64,000 nt of DNA from Thermovirgaceae bacterium (GCA_035448245.1 DAOTIQ010000001.1:40568-104567), one strand, 5' to 3'. Counted from the first letter of the stretch, positions 9,398 to 19,524 are shown. The notes: generated by a model from the sequence alone, not told the origin. Numbers and translations: made by a program.

Positions 9398-10516
9398 TTG
9401 CCCGCAGGAGATGAAAGGGATCTTTACGCGATCCTGGGTGTATCAAGGAACGCGACACAGGAGGAACTCAAGAAGGCTTACAGGAAACTTGTCCGAAAGC
9501 ATCATCCTGATGCCAACCCGGGTGATCCCGAGGCGGAATCGAAGTTCAAATCAATAAACCTTGCTTATGAGATCCTTGGAGATCCCCAGAAAAGGGCCGC
9601 CTACGATCAGTATGGGACCATAGGGGATACGCCGGGAGGATCCCCTTTTGGTGGAGGATTCGAGCCCTTTGGGGATATTTTCGGGGATCTTTTCGGGAGT
9701 TTTTTTGGAGGCGGACGAAGAGGACCAGCTGGCCCTTCAAGGGGCGATGATCTTGAAATGAGTATAAAAATATCCCTCGAGGACGCTTTCAGAGGCCTGG
9801 GCAGGGAAGTTGTCATACCCCGAATGGATACCTGCGGACGTTGCGGAGGATCCGGGGCGGAGCCGGGTACCTCCGTAAAAACCTGTTCCCATTGTGGAGG
9901 TTCCGGGCAGGTGGAAAAACAGCAGAGAACTCCCTTTGGTACCTTCGTCAGCGTTGGACAGTGCCCGCATTGCGGAGGTTCTGGCAAGAGGATAGAAAGC
10001 AGATGCAAGAACTGTGGGGGAAGCGGTAAGGTAAGGTCCGATCACCGCGTCGAAGTGAAGATCCCTCCCGGAGTTGATACGGGAACCAGGCTCCGCATCG
10101 CCGGGGAGGGGAGGGAGGGCTCCTCCGGCGGCCCACCAGGAGATCTTTTCATATCGATCAAGGTTGAGCCGCACCCGCTTTTTGAACGCGACCGGGACGA
10201 TCTCCATACAAGAGTCAACCTGAAGTACCCCCAGATGGTACTGGGATGCTCTGTGGAAATTCCGGGTATCGAGGGTGGAGAAAAACTCGAAGTTTCCCCT
10301 GGAACCCCCGTGGGGAAGGCTGTCAGGATAAAGAACAAAGGCATGCCGAGGCTGAGAGGTTCTGGGAGAGGGGATCTTTTCGCCCATGTTTACGTTGACA
10401 TTCCAACCGAACTATCCGAAAAGGAGCGCCTTCTGACCGAAGCCCTGGCACAGGAGATGGATGTTGGAGTAGAGCCTGCGGGCTTTATGGAAAAAATCCG
10501 GAATCTTTTCGGCTGA
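9398..10516 (+). CDS. dnaJ: molecular chaperone DnaJ
   Basis: J-domain with HPD, a G/F-rich linker and four CxxCxGxG zinc-finger repeats. TTG start. Confidence 0.96.
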   Translation: MPAGDERDLYAILGVSRNATQEELKKAYRKLVRKHHPDANPGDPEAESKFKSINLAYEILGDPQKRAAYDQYGTIGDTPGGSPFGGGFEPFGDIFGDLFGSFFGGGRRGPAGPSRGDDLEMSIKISLEDAFRGLGREVVIPRMDTCGRCGGSGAEPGTSVKTCSHCGGSGQVEKQQRTPFGTFVSVGQCPHCGGSGKRIESRCKNCGGSGKVRSDHRVEVKIPPGVDTGTRLRIAGEGREGSSGGPPGDLFISIKVEPHPLFERDRDDLHTRVNLKYPQMVLGCSVEIPGIEGGEKLEVSPGTPVGKAVRIKNKGMPRLRGSGRGDLFAHVYVDIPTELSEKERLLTEALAQEMDVGVEPAGFMEKIRNLFG

Positions 10517-10554
10517 TGCCGCAAATGCTTTTTCCGTGGTAGACTTTCCATTAG

Positions 10555-10578
10555 ACGGGAGGCGTCATAGCCTCCCGT
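10555..10578 (+). terminator. hairpin after dnaJ (possible partial terminator or processing site)
   Basis: 9-bp stem acgggaggc / gcctcccgt with a 6-nt loop. The downstream U-tract is weak (tatttcat). Confidence 0.4.
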
Positions 10579-10617
10579 ATTTCATCTGCAAGTCAAACTT
10601 GCCGGGGGTAGGCGTCT

Positions 10618-11487
10618 ATGTCGTCCAATGAAGGTTTCTGGTGGTACATAACTATTGAAGGGGATTCAGAGAGCGAGGAAGATCTTGTATCCCTTGGCGA
10701 ACTTTCGGGAAGTATAGGCTCGGAGATGCAGGAATTGCCGGGTAAGGTCGCCCTCAAGGCCTATTACAGGAACACCAGGGATCTGGGATCCTGGATGGAG
10801 AGAGTGCAGGAAGTAATATCCCCGTGGCCCGGGGTCCGGATAGCCGACATGGGGCGTATAGAGAACAGGCAGTGGCATACGGCATGGAAAGAGGCCTTTC
10901 CCCCTCTTCCTGTAGGGGATAATTTCATTGTGATGGCTCCGTGGCACCGGGGAAATGAACCCGAAGGAAAGATCCCTGTATATATATATCCCGGAAGCGC
11001 TTTTGGTACCGGATACCACGAAAGCACGCAGATCGCGCTGGAACTGCTGGAAAAGACCGTAAAGCCCGGTCTTTCCGTAGCAGATATCGGAACCGGATCA
11101 GGGATCCTGTCCATCGCTTCCGCCCTTCTGGGGGCGGGCCAGGTTCTGGCCAGGGACAACGACCCGGCCATAATCAACGAAGTAAGGGAGAATCTTCGAC
11201 TGAACGATATTTCGCCCGAAAAGGTCCTTGTACAGACGGGAGATCTGCTTGCCGGTGTCTCGGGCAAGTACGGTATTATCTGTGCCAACATTGTTTTTGA
11301 CCCCCTGGCTTCCATGCTTCCATCTGTCCCTTCCCTGCTGGAAGAGGGTGGAGTGGCGGTCTTTTCGGGTCTTACGCTTAAGGAAAGGGATCCTTTCCTG
11401 GTGGAGGTTTCCTCAGCCGGGTTGTCACCGGTTACCGAGTTGACAAAGGGAGACTGGTGGGGTGTCGCTGCCTCGCGTACGCCTTGA
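10618..11487 (+). CDS. prmA: ribosomal protein L11 methyltransferase
   Basis: Carries GSAFGTGYHESTQ and DIGTGSGILSIA SAM-MTase motifs. Conserved position after dnaJ. Confidence 0.9.
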   Translation: MSSNEGFWWYITIEGDSESEEDLVSLGELSGSIGSEMQELPGKVALKAYYRNTRDLGSWMERVQEVISPWPGVRIADMGRIENRQWHTAWKEAFPPLPVGDNFIVMAPWHRGNEPEGKIPVYIYPGSAFGTGYHESTQIALELLEKTVKPGLSVADIGTGSGILSIASALLGAGQVLARDNDPAIINEVRENLRLNDISPEKVLVQTGDLLAGVSGKYGIICANIVFDPLASMLPSVPSLLEEGGVAVFSGLTLKERDPFLVEVSSAGLSPVTELTKGDWWGVAASRTP

Positions 11488-12184
11488 GCATTCTGTTCAG
11501 GAAAGTGATTCCGTCTGGGTCCTGGACGGGGAACAGGGAAGGCATCTGCTGACAGTAAGGCGCTGCAGGGATGGCGAGTTTTTCGAGGGTCTTTTGCCGG
11601 GCAGAAGAATACTGTTGCGCCTGGAGACATGTGGGACATTGGCCAGAGGTGTCAAGGTCAGGGAAACGCCCGAGGAACCGATGCCGGAAATCTGGCTTCT
11701 GGCGGGTCTGCTCAAGGGAGATTCCTTCGATCGTCTTCTTTCCCAGTCTGTCGAGGTCGGTGCTTCGGTTATCGTTCCCCTTGTCTGCACACGATCGGTA
11801 CCGATCCTGGAACCTTCAAAGATAGCCCGAAAAATGGAACGCTGGAAAAAAATAACCCTCGAGGCCTCGAAGCAATGCTGCGCGCCGACACCGACGCGGA
11901 TCCTGGATCCTGTCGGTATATCTTCCCTCGGTTCTCTCCCTGTTCCATCCGCGAGATTCGTCGCCGTTGCGGGGGCAAGTTCAAAAATTTCGGAATTCAG
12001 CCCGCCGGGAACTGCCGCCGTCGCCACCGGACCTGAGGGAGACTGGACAGAAGAGGAGATACATATTCTGCAGCAACATGACTTTATCCCGGTGAACCTG
12101 GGTCTTCGGGTCATGAGGGCTCACACGGCCGCTGTGGTTGCAGTCGCTTTTCTTGCCTTGCTCTCTGGAGGTCAGAAGTTGTGA
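11462..12184 (+). CDS. rsmE: 16S rRNA (uracil1498-N3)-methyltransferase
   Basis: The C-terminal GPEGDWTEEE...LG.RVMRAHTA knot motif is typical of RsmE. Overlaps the prmA end. Confidence 0.88.
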   Translation: MSLPRVRLEHSVQESDSVWVLDGEQGRHLLTVRRCRDGEFFEGLLPGRRILLRLETCGTLARGVKVRETPEEPMPEIWLLAGLLKGDSFDRLLSQSVEVGASVIVPLVCTRSVPILEPSKIARKMERWKKITLEASKQCCAPTPTRILDPVGISSLGSLPVPSARFVAVAGASSKISEFSPPGTAAVATGPEGDWTEEEIHILQQHDFIPVNLGLRVMRAHTAAVVAVAFLALLSGGQKL

Positions 12185-13494
12185 AGGATCCGCTAAGGGG
12201 AGTTAAATTCAGGGTTATTCCCATGGGCTGCAGGACGAACCTTTTTGAGTGCGAGGCGCTTTGCTGTTCCTTCGTTGAGTCTGGTGCGGCAAGATCCGAA
12301 ACAAAAGATTTTGACGTTGCCGTTCTCGTAGGATGTTCCGTTACCTCCGAGGCCGACAGAAAATGCAGGCAGATATTGAGGCGTCTCAGAAGAGAGAAAA
12401 AAGACGCGCTCATCATTGCTGCTGGGTGCTGGGCACAGAAAGCAACGATCGAGGAGGCGGCCGGTCTGGGTGTTGACTGCCTTGTAGGAAACAGGCTCAA
12501 GCACAGGATCCCCGCCATTGTCAGGGAGATGCTTCTCTCCGGCAGAAGAACGGAACAGCCCAGGATCGAGATGGTGGATGTTTCAAATTTCTCCGGGTGG
12601 GAGGATCTTCGCCTTCTGAGGCCACAGACCAGGACACGGGCTTTCGTCAAGATACAGGATGGTTGTGATCATGGCTGTTCCTACTGCATAATTCCCGCTC
12701 TCAGGGGGAAAGGGGTCGAAAGAGATCCCCTTGATGTACTCCAGGAAGTGGAAAGGATAGCCCTGTCGGGGTGCAGGGAAGTAGTTTTTACCGGGATAAA
12801 TCTGGGAGTCTACGGCAGGAACTCCGGAATGCCCCTGGGAGAACTTGTCAAAAGAAGTGGGGATATCGAAGGCATAGCCAGGATACGTTTTGGTTCTCTG
12901 GAGCCCTTTGCCGTCACCGAAACTCTTCTCGGGGATCTTTCCGCAACGGCACAGTTCTGTCCCCACTTTCACCTTCCTCTGCAGAGCGGTGACCCGGATA
13001 TACTCAGGCTTATGCGCAGAGGCTACACGCCCGAAGATTTCCTGGCCCATGTTGAAATGGCCCGCTCCTTTTTCGGTGAGGACCTTCACATCAGTACGGA
13101 TATAATTGTCGGGTTCCCGGGCGAAAGTGAAGATGCCTTTGACAGGACCCTGTCCCTGCTCGTGTCTGCCGGGACAGGGAGGCTTCACGTGTTTCCTTTC
13201 TCTTCCAGGGATGGCACCGTCGCTGCTTCTATACCGGGTAGGCTGAAGGGTCCGGAAATCAGGTCCAGGGTGGAAAGGTCCATAGCCCTGGGAAAAGATC
13301 TTCTCGATTCATATTCTGGAAAATGGATCGGGAAAAGGGTAGATCTGCTTGTGGAAGGAAGAACCGGGGGCATGATGGAGGGTTTTTCCTCCCACTATGT
13401 CCGTGTGGAATGCCCCGGAGACTCTGAACCGGGAATGATCAGGAGCGTTTTTGTCACGGATTCTCTGGATGGGGTTCTCAGGGCCGTCGTGTGA
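12181..13494 (+). CDS. mtaB: radical SAM methylthiotransferase, MtaB (YqeV)-type
   Basis: UPF0004 N-domain, CDHGCSYCIIP radical-SAM cluster motif and a TRAM-like C-terminus. GTGA overlap with rsmE; its position in the dnaK superoperon favours MtaB over MiaB. Confidence 0.82.
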   Translation: MKDPLRGVKFRVIPMGCRTNLFECEALCCSFVESGAARSETKDFDVAVLVGCSVTSEADRKCRQILRRLRREKKDALIIAAGCWAQKATIEEAAGLGVDCLVGNRLKHRIPAIVREMLLSGRRTEQPRIEMVDVSNFSGWEDLRLLRPQTRTRAFVKIQDGCDHGCSYCIIPALRGKGVERDPLDVLQEVERIALSGCREVVFTGINLGVYGRNSGMPLGELVKRSGDIEGIARIRFGSLEPFAVTETLLGDLSATAQFCPHFHLPLQSGDPDILRLMRRGYTPEDFLAHVEMARSFFGEDLHISTDIIVGFPGESEDAFDRTLSLLVSAGTGRLHVFPFSSRDGTVAASIPGRLKGPEIRSRVERSIALGKDLLDSYSGKWIGKRVDLLVEGRTGGMMEGFSSHYVRVECPGDSEPGMIRSVFVTDSLDGVLRAVV

Positions 13495-13569
13495 TATAAT
13501 TCCCTACCAGGAATTGCGGATTGCGTTCATACAGGAAACCGGCCGATATATTCAGGGCGAGGTGCGGTC

Positions 13570-13920
13570 ATGGGGAACGGGAGCGAAAGGTGTATTTTTT
13601 GCCGTATCGCCAGGGGCCTTGAGAAGGCGGATGTCGTATACAGCGACGAAGATGTTATAGTTATACGTGACATTCACCCGATAGCCCCGGTGCACCTTCT
13701 TGTCATACCGAGGATTCATGTCGAATCCGCCGACAAGGTGGCCGATCCATCGGTCTGGTCTTCGGTGATGGGGGCGGCGGTGAGAGTGGCCCGTGATATG
13801 GGTCTGGGCCCTGACGGGTATCGTCTCGTGGTCAACTGTGGAGCTGGGGCCGGGCAAACGGTGTCTCATCTTCATGTGCATCTGCTTGCCGGACGCTCTT
13901 TCGGTTGGCCTCCAGGTTAA
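13570..13920 (+). CDS. HIT (histidine triad) family protein
   Basis: C.FC.I and the HLHVHLL histidine triad. Confidence 0.88.
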   Translation: MGNGSERCIFCRIARGLEKADVVYSDEDVIVIRDIHPIAPVHLLVIPRIHVESADKVADPSVWSSVMGAAVRVARDMGLGPDGYRLVVNCGAGAGQTVSHLHVHLLAGRSFGWPPG

Positions 13921-13952
13921 CCCTGAGTGAGAAGAGAAGGGGGGGAACGCAA

Positions 13953-14129
13953 TTGACACAGGTCGTTCGACGCGATAACGAGTCCCTCGAAGATGCCCTC
14001 AAGCGCTTCAAGCGCGAAGTATCCAAAGGAGGCGTGTTGCGCGAGGCCCGCAGACGTTCGCATTACGAGAAACCGAGCGAGGCAAAGAAGAGGAAGAGGG
14101 AAGATGCTTCCAGAAAGCGCAGGAAGTAG
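13953..14129 (+). CDS. rpsU: 30S ribosomal protein S21
   Basis: (M)[41 protein letters not shown]13953 lies 8-9 nt after AAGGGGG. The ORF-track start at 13905 overlaps the HIT gene. Confidence 0.9.
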   Translation: MTQVVRRDNESLEDALKRFKREVSKGGVLREARRRSHYEKPSEAKKRKREDASRKRRK

Positions 14130-14139
14130 GTAAGGTTCG

Positions 14140-14598
14140 ATGACCGAACTGGAGGCGAGGATACATCAGGAGATAGTTTCCGCCATGAAGAGGCGGGACC
14201 AGTCCTCTCTCGTGCCTTTAAGGATGCTCAAGGCGGCCGTCGAAAATGCAAGGATAGAAAAAGGCCGTGGAGAGCCTTTTTCTGAGGAAGATGTCTTCGC
14301 CGTAATAAGAAAACTGGTAAAACAGCGTAAGGAATCTGCCGGTCAGTTCGAGGCCGGAGGAGCTCTTGAAAGGGCCGGAGAGGAACTGATGGAAGCGGAA
14401 TTGCTCTCATCTTTCCTGCCTCCCTCCATGAGCGACGAAGATATTATCCATGAAGCAGGAAAGACCATAGCCGCAGTTGGCGCAAAAGGCCCGTCGGATC
14501 TGGGGCTTGTCATGGGTCCCTGTATGGCTGCCCTGAAGGGCAGGGCGGAAGGCGCCAGGGTGAGAAAGATCGTAGAGAATATTCTTCGCTCTCTTTAG
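14140..14598 (+). CDS. GatB/YqeY domain-containing protein
   Basis: About 150 aa, with ...MKRRD...L..LRMLKAA..N..IEK... typical of YqeY. Follows rpsU as in Bacillus. Confidence 0.85.
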   Translation: MTELEARIHQEIVSAMKRRDQSSLVPLRMLKAAVENARIEKGRGEPFSEEDVFAVIRKLVKQRKESAGQFEAGGALERAGEELMEAELLSSFLPPSMSDEDIIHEAGKTIAAVGAKGPSDLGLVMGPCMAALKGRAEGARVRKIVENILRSL

Positions 14599-14622
14599 GC
14601 AAATGACATCGCCTCTTTTTTC

Positions 14623-14652
14623 AGACCCCGTTTACAGCGGGGTCTTTTTTTT
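14623..14652 (+). terminator. intrinsic terminator of the dnaK-yqeY gene string
   Basis: 8-bp stem agaccccg / cggggtct with a 7-nt loop, followed by T8. Confidence 0.85.
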
Positions 14653-14671
14653 GTCTTGAACAGGGGTACAT

Positions 14672-14693
14672 ACACAAAATATAGTGGTATAAT
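14672..14693 (+). promoter_or_regulatory. NrdR box abutting an extended -10 promoter element (TGgTATAAT)
   Basis: ACACAAAATATAGTGG (14672-14687) matches the remembered NrdR-box consensus acaCwAtATaTwGtgt at 13 of 16 positions. TGgTATAAT spans 14685-14693, about 35 nt upstream of nrdR. Confidence 0.5.
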
Positions 14694-14726
14694 CCAGGCA
14701 ATGAACTAAATGTGGGGAGTGGGGCC

Positions 14727-15197
14727 ATGCGTTGTCCAAAATGCGGATACATGGAGACCCGTGTTCTCGAGACGAGGACGGCAAGCGAAGGCAAGGTCAT
14801 AAGGAGGCGTCGTGAGTGTCCCGAGTGCTTCAACAGGTTCACCACTTACGAGCGTCTGGATGAAAGGCCCGTTCTCTGGATAATCAAGAAGGGTGGCCAG
14901 AGGGAGGGTTTTGACAGGGCAAAGCTTCTCAAGGGGCTAGCCAAGGCCTGCGAAAAGCTGCCAGTTCCGCTGGAGCAGATCGAGGAAGCGGCCTCCAGGA
15001 TAGAAGAGACGCTGCGTGAGATGGGTCAGGGTGAAATTTCCAGTCTCCAGGTCGGATCACTGGCTATGAATGAACTGAGAAACATTCACAAGGTCGCCTA
15101 CGTGAGGTTTGCTTCTGTATACAGAGAGTTTACGGATATCTCCAGTTTTGTCGAAGAAATTTCCCGACTTCACGACGAAAGGAATGGTCATTCATGA
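14727..15197 (+). CDS. nrdR: transcriptional repressor NrdR
   Basis: MRCPKCG...ETR...RRRRECPEC zinc ribbon plus an ATP-cone. ATG14727 was chosen over the upstream GTG. Confidence 0.93.
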   Translation: MRCPKCGYMETRVLETRTASEGKVIRRRRECPECFNRFTTYERLDERPVLWIIKKGGQREGFDRAKLLKGLAKACEKLPVPLEQIEEAASRIEETLREMGQGEISSLQVGSLAMNELRNIHKVAYVRFASVYREFTDISSFVEEISRLHDERNGHS

Positions 15198-17341
15198 AAG
15201 ACTCCGACTCCCGGATCATGATGGAAGAAAAGTTGTCCCCCGGGGATTTTCCAGGCGGAAGACAGATGCTTATTTTTTCGGGGAAAGAAGAATCCACCGA
15301 TCTGGCTCTCATGGTGGAGGCTTTTGGACAGGAGGACCGTTCAGCCTGGGATGTCGTGCGGATCCGTGATGCCCTTGTAGTGGAGGCGGGAGTTGATCCT
15401 TCGGTGGCTGGAGAGATCGCCGCAGAGGTTGAGAGCGATATTATGATACATGGAAGGGAAAGGGTCACCACCGCGATCATCAGGGAGATGGTCAACGTAA
15501 AGCTCTTTTTCCGGGGTCTCGATGCCAAACTTGCCGATCATTCCAGGCTGGGTCTCCCGGTGTTCGACCTCGAGTCGATGATGCTGCATCCCAACAGGGA
15601 GAACAGTAATACCTCCCACAACCCCGAATCCATAAATCTCTCGGTAGCCGAGATGATACTCAAGGAATATGCCCTAGGGAAGATTTTTTCGCGTGAGGTG
15701 GCCGAGGCGCATCTCGGGGGAGACATCCACCTTCATGACCTCGGGATGGTAAACCGCCCCTACTGTTCCGGGCAGAGTATGGCTTACGTCATAAAATACG
15801 GTATCGATATCCCTTCGATAACGAGTGTTTCCTCGCCCGCCCGCCACCCGGACGTTCTTCTTGCCCATATTCTCAAGATGACCTCGGTACTTCAGAACAA
15901 CTTCGCCGGGGCAATAGGCTGGGACGCTGTGAATGTCTTTTTTGCCCCTTTCCTTGAAGGTCTTCCATACGAGAAAGTGAAGCAGCTCGCCCAGATGCTC
16001 ATATTCGAGTTCAACCAGCTGGCGGGAGGCAGGGGAGGACAGGTGGCGTTTACGGACATCAATCTCTACTACGAGATCCCCGACCATTTCAGGGATGTGC
16101 CAGCCCTGGGTCCCGGGGGAGTTCCGACGGGCAGGACCTACTACGATTACAGGAAGGAATCAAAAGATTTCCTCCGCGCCCTTTTCGAGGTCTACCTCGA
16201 GGGGGACAGCCGGGGACAGCCCTTCTTTTTTCCCAAACCGCTCCTTCACATCACCGACAGGTTTTTCGAGGAGCCTGGCTGGGAGAAGTTTCTTGAACTT
16301 GCCTGTCTTGTCGCGTCGGAAAAGGGGAGTACTTATTTCGTATTCGACAGGGGCGGGGTTGCCAAGTTGAGCGAGTGCTGCAGGCTGAGTTTCGAACTTT
16401 CCGAGGAGGACCTGGCGGAAGCGAAAACGCCGTGGAAGATGCGCTACTGTGCTCTCCAGAACGTTACCATAAATCTCCCGAGGATAGCCTACAGGTCGGG
16501 CAGAGACAGGGAGACCCTTTTTGAACTCCTCGACAGGGCCATGGAGACGGCGGCGGAGGCACATGTCCAGAAGAGAAGATTTCTTCAGGAGATACTGGCA
16601 CTGGGTTCAAAGGGGCCCCTGTCCGTTCTTTGTGTCGACCACGATGGAGAGTCATACCTCAGAATGAGCAAGAGCAGTCACCTCATAGGCATACTGGGGC
16701 TTGATGAAATGATCCACTCCTTTACGGGTACGAGGATGCACATGAGCGACGAGGCCATGGACCTGGGTCTTGCTGTGACCAGATATATGGATCTAAAATG
16801 CCGCCAACTTTCCGATAGGCTTGGACTGAAAATAGTTCTTGAGCAGACCCCTGCCGAAAGTACCGCCTACAGGCTGGCCAGGCTCGACCTGAAATTTTTC
16901 CCCGATGATGCGCGCCATTTTGTCAAGGGAGATATTTCAAGTGGTGAGATCTATTACACCAACAGCACTCACTTTGCCTATGACGCCGATCTTGATCCGG
17001 TATCCCGGGTGATAATGGAGGGCCGTTTTCACCCTATGATCAATGCGGGAGCGATATCTCATGTCTGGATGGGAGAACACAGGCCAGACCCGGGAGCGCT
17101 CGCGTCTTTTGTGAGAAAGGCCTACGAAAGTTCGGAGAATGCCCAGATCGCTTTCAGCCCGGAGTTTACGATATGCAACAAATGCGGAAAGATGGAAAGG
17201 GGACTGCTGGATTCATGTCCCGCGTGCGGAAGCATGGATGTGGACGGGATTACCCGGATCACCGGATATTTTACGAGGACGTCGTCCTGGAACGCGGGCA
17301 AAAGGGCCGAACTGAGGGATCGTTCAAGGACGGCAGTCTGA
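15194..17341 (+). CDS. nrdD: anaerobic ribonucleoside-triphosphate reductase (class III)
   Basis: C-terminal CxxCG...C..CG zinc site followed by the glycyl-radical loop TRITGYFT. ATGA overlap with nrdR. Confidence 0.92.
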   Translation: MKDSDSRIMMEEKLSPGDFPGGRQMLIFSGKEESTDLALMVEAFGQEDRSAWDVVRIRDALVVEAGVDPSVAGEIAAEVESDIMIHGRERVTTAIIREMVNVKLFFRGLDAKLADHSRLGLPVFDLESMMLHPNRENSNTSHNPESINLSVAEMILKEYALGKIFSREVAEAHLGGDIHLHDLGMVNRPYCSGQSMAYVIKYGIDIPSITSVSSPARHPDVLLAHILKMTSVLQNNFAGAIGWDAVNVFFAPFLEGLPYEKVKQLAQMLIFEFNQLAGGRGGQVAFTDINLYYEIPDHFRDVPALGPGGVPTGRTYYDYRKESKDFLRALFEVYLEGDSRGQPFFFPKPLLHITDRFFEEPGWEKFLELACLVASEKGSTYFVFDRGGVAKLSECCRLSFELSEEDLAEAKTPWKMRYCALQNVTINLPRIAYRSGRDRETLFELLDRAMETAAEAHVQKRRFLQEILALGSKGPLSVLCVDHDGESYLRMSKSSHLIGILGLDEMIHSFTGTRMHMSDEAMDLGLAVTRYMDLKCRQLSDRLGLKIVLEQTPAESTAYRLARLDLKFFPDDARHFVKGDISSGEIYYTNSTHFAYDADLDPVSRVIMEGRFHPMINAGAISHVWMGEHRPDPGALASFVRKAYESSENAQIAFSPEFTICNKCGKMERGLLDSCPACGSMDVDGITRITGYFTRTSSWNAGKRAELRDRSRTAV

Positions 17342-17344
17342 AAA

Positions 17345-18016
17345 ATGAAGCCTGGAGTTCCCATCGGAGGGTTTTTGCCGGTATCATTTGTCGACTGGGC
17401 CGGACATGTCGCTTCGGTCCTTTTCCTTTGCGGGTGCAATTTCAGATGCCCCTACTGCCATAACGCGGATCTTGTTTTTGCGACGAAAGGATCCATCGAT
17501 GCCGATGATGTTGTCAAAAAAATCCTTTCAAGAAAAGATTTTCTCGATGGCATCGTGATCAGTGGAGGGGAGCCAACAATCCACTCAGGGCTTCCCCTTT
17601 TCCTTTCTTTCCTCAAAGGGGAAACTGGCCTGAAGATCAAGGTTGATACTAACGGGAGCAATCCCGGAATGCTTGAGACGATCATAGCCGAAGGTCTGGT
17701 CGAAGGTCTTTCGATGGACATCAAGGCCCCGTGGAATGACTACCCACGAATAACGGGCAGCGGTTCCGATGAGGTGGCAAAGTCCCTGGATCTTGTCCGC
17801 CGATCGGGTATTCCCCATGAGACCAGGACCACCTTCGTTCCGGACATCATGTCAATTGAAGATCTTAAAGAGATCAGGGACCAGGTGGGACGGGGTCCCG
17901 GGTGGGTGATACAGCTCTTCAGGCCTGGAGAGACCCTTGATCTGTCCCTGCGTGAAGGGACTGTTCCGGACAGGGGCCTTCTGGAGAGTAATTTCCCGGG
18001 AGTATTGGTGCGTTAA
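17345..18016 (+). CDS. nrdG: anaerobic ribonucleotide reductase activating protein (radical SAM)
   Basis: CGCNFRCPYCHN cluster motif, immediately after nrdD. Confidence 0.9.
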   Translation: MKPGVPIGGFLPVSFVDWAGHVASVLFLCGCNFRCPYCHNADLVFATKGSIDADDVVKKILSRKDFLDGIVISGGEPTIHSGLPLFLSFLKGETGLKIKVDTNGSNPGMLETIIAEGLVEGLSMDIKAPWNDYPRITGSGSDEVAKSLDLVRRSGIPHETRTTFVPDIMSIEDLKEIRDQVGRGPGWVIQLFRPGETLDLSLREGTVPDRGLLESNFPGVLVR

Positions 18017-18236
18017 AGGTCATGAGAGTATAATATTACCTGGAGTAAACCCTGAAATAACGGAGGAACGGAGAAGGCAATAGTGGCTGGTTTAACCTCT
18101 TCCGGCCGGGGCGTCCTTTCTCCAGGGAAAAGAGGTGAACGGGACCTTAAGTGCAGCTATAGTTACTGGTGCCTTTTGGCGGCGGTTTGGTGTAGAATCA
18201 TGGTTGCGGTGTACATCTATCTGGAGGTGAGCATAA

Positions 18237-19433
18237 GTGAAGAAAGGTCTATTGCTAGGGCTGATCGTTGTAATTGCGGTTTTTGGTTTCATGATGACCA
18301 GGGGAGAAAAAGCTCCCGAGGCTCCGGCTCCCGAACAGACTCAGGAAGCACAGGAACCGGTAGCCGAGGCCGATGTGATCCGCATCGGTGTCTATCTCCC
18401 TCTGACGGGACAGAACGCTTTTGGCGGACAGCTTGAGCTCGATGGAGTCAAGATGGCCCACGAGGAGAAACCCGAGGTTCTGGGCAGGAAGGTCGAACTC
18501 TTTGTTGTCGACAACAAGTCAGACAAGGTTGAGTCCGCAAACGCTGTCAAGCGGCTTATCGACAAAGAGAACGTTGTGGCTGTCATAGGGACCTACGGCT
18601 CCTCACTTGCCATGGCCGGTGGAGAGGTGGCGGAGAAAGCCGGAATTCCCATGGTTGGGACATCCTGCACCAATCCTCTCGTGACCCAGGGCAAGAAGTA
18701 CATCTTCCGCGTGTGTTTCATCGATCCTCTCCAGGGCGCGGGTGCGGCTACCTATGCCCACAAGGTGCTGGGGGCCAGGAAGGCTGCTCTTCTGACCGAT
18801 GTCGCCAACGACTATGCCGTCGGACTCGCGGGATTCTTCGAGAAGTCCTTTGTCAAGCTTGGTGGAGAGATCGTCTCGAAACTGAACTACAACTCGGGTG
18901 ACCAGGATTTCACTGCCCAGCTTACAGAGATCATCAGCAAGGGTCCGGACATTCTCTTCATTCCCGCCTACTTCGCCGAGGGTGCCATCATCATGAAGCA
19001 GGCACAGGAACTTGGTGTCGAGTTCCAGATCATGGGTGGAGACGCCATGGACAATCCGCAGATAGTAGAGATAGGCGGAGACGCGGTTGAGGGTTTCGTT
19101 CACACCACGTTCCCCTATGATCCCTCCATGCAGGACATGAACCCTGTAGCCCAGAAGTTCACCGATGACTGGAAGGCGAAACGGACCGACGATCCCAACG
19201 TCAATGCGGCCCTTGGATATGATTCCTACATGATCCTTATCGATGCCATCGAGCGCGCCGGAAGCGCCGATCCCGAGGCCATCACCGCTGCCCTTGCGGC
19301 AACCAAAGACTTTGAGGGTGTTACCGGTCTCACCACCATCAACGAGACCCATGACGCGGAGAAACCGATCGGGATAGTCCAGATCAAGGACGGAAAGAAA
19401 CAGTACATCGCGACAATAGCACCGGAACTCTAG
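18237..19433 (+). CDS. branched-chain amino acid ABC transporter substrate-binding protein (LivJ/K-like), N-terminal membrane anchor
   Basis: Peripla_BP_6-like blocks (IRIGVYLPLTG..A..G, VVAVIG...S). GTG start 8 nt after GGAGGTGA. It has a TM anchor plus an acidic/Pro linker rather than a lipobox. Confidence 0.88.
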   Translation: MKKGLLLGLIVVIAVFGFMMTRGEKAPEAPAPEQTQEAQEPVAEADVIRIGVYLPLTGQNAFGGQLELDGVKMAHEEKPEVLGRKVELFVVDNKSDKVESANAVKRLIDKENVVAVIGTYGSSLAMAGGEVAEKAGIPMVGTSCTNPLVTQGKKYIFRVCFIDPLQGAGAATYAHKVLGARKAALLTDVANDYAVGLAGFFEKSFVKLGGEIVSKLNYNSGDQDFTAQLTEIISKGPDILFIPAYFAEGAIIMKQAQELGVEFQIMGGDAMDNPQIVEIGGDAVEGFVHTTFPYDPSMQDMNPVAQKFTDDWKAKRTDDPNVNAALGYDSYMILIDAIERAGSADPEAITAALAATKDFEGVTGLTTINETHDAEKPIGIVQIKDGKKQYIATIAPEL

Positions 19434-19492
19434 CAGCAGGTTCAGTCATTACGGCGGGGTCTCCCAAGAGAGATTTTACCGGCCGGATTACT

Positions 19493-19524
19493 GCGGGGGA
19501 GGGGATCTTCCTCCCCCGCCTTTT
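19493..19524 (+). terminator. intra-operon hairpin/attenuator after the binding-protein gene
   Basis: 10-bp stem gcgggggagg / cctcccccgc with a 7-nt loop, then cTTTTa. This is the typical device for over-expressing the binding protein relative to the permeases. Confidence 0.6.

Noticed and set aside
18083-18436. 117-aa ORF spanning the liv leader and the 5' end of the binding-protein gene
   Set aside because: - It overlaps the well-supported binding-protein gene out of frame.
- It has no RBS and no motifs.
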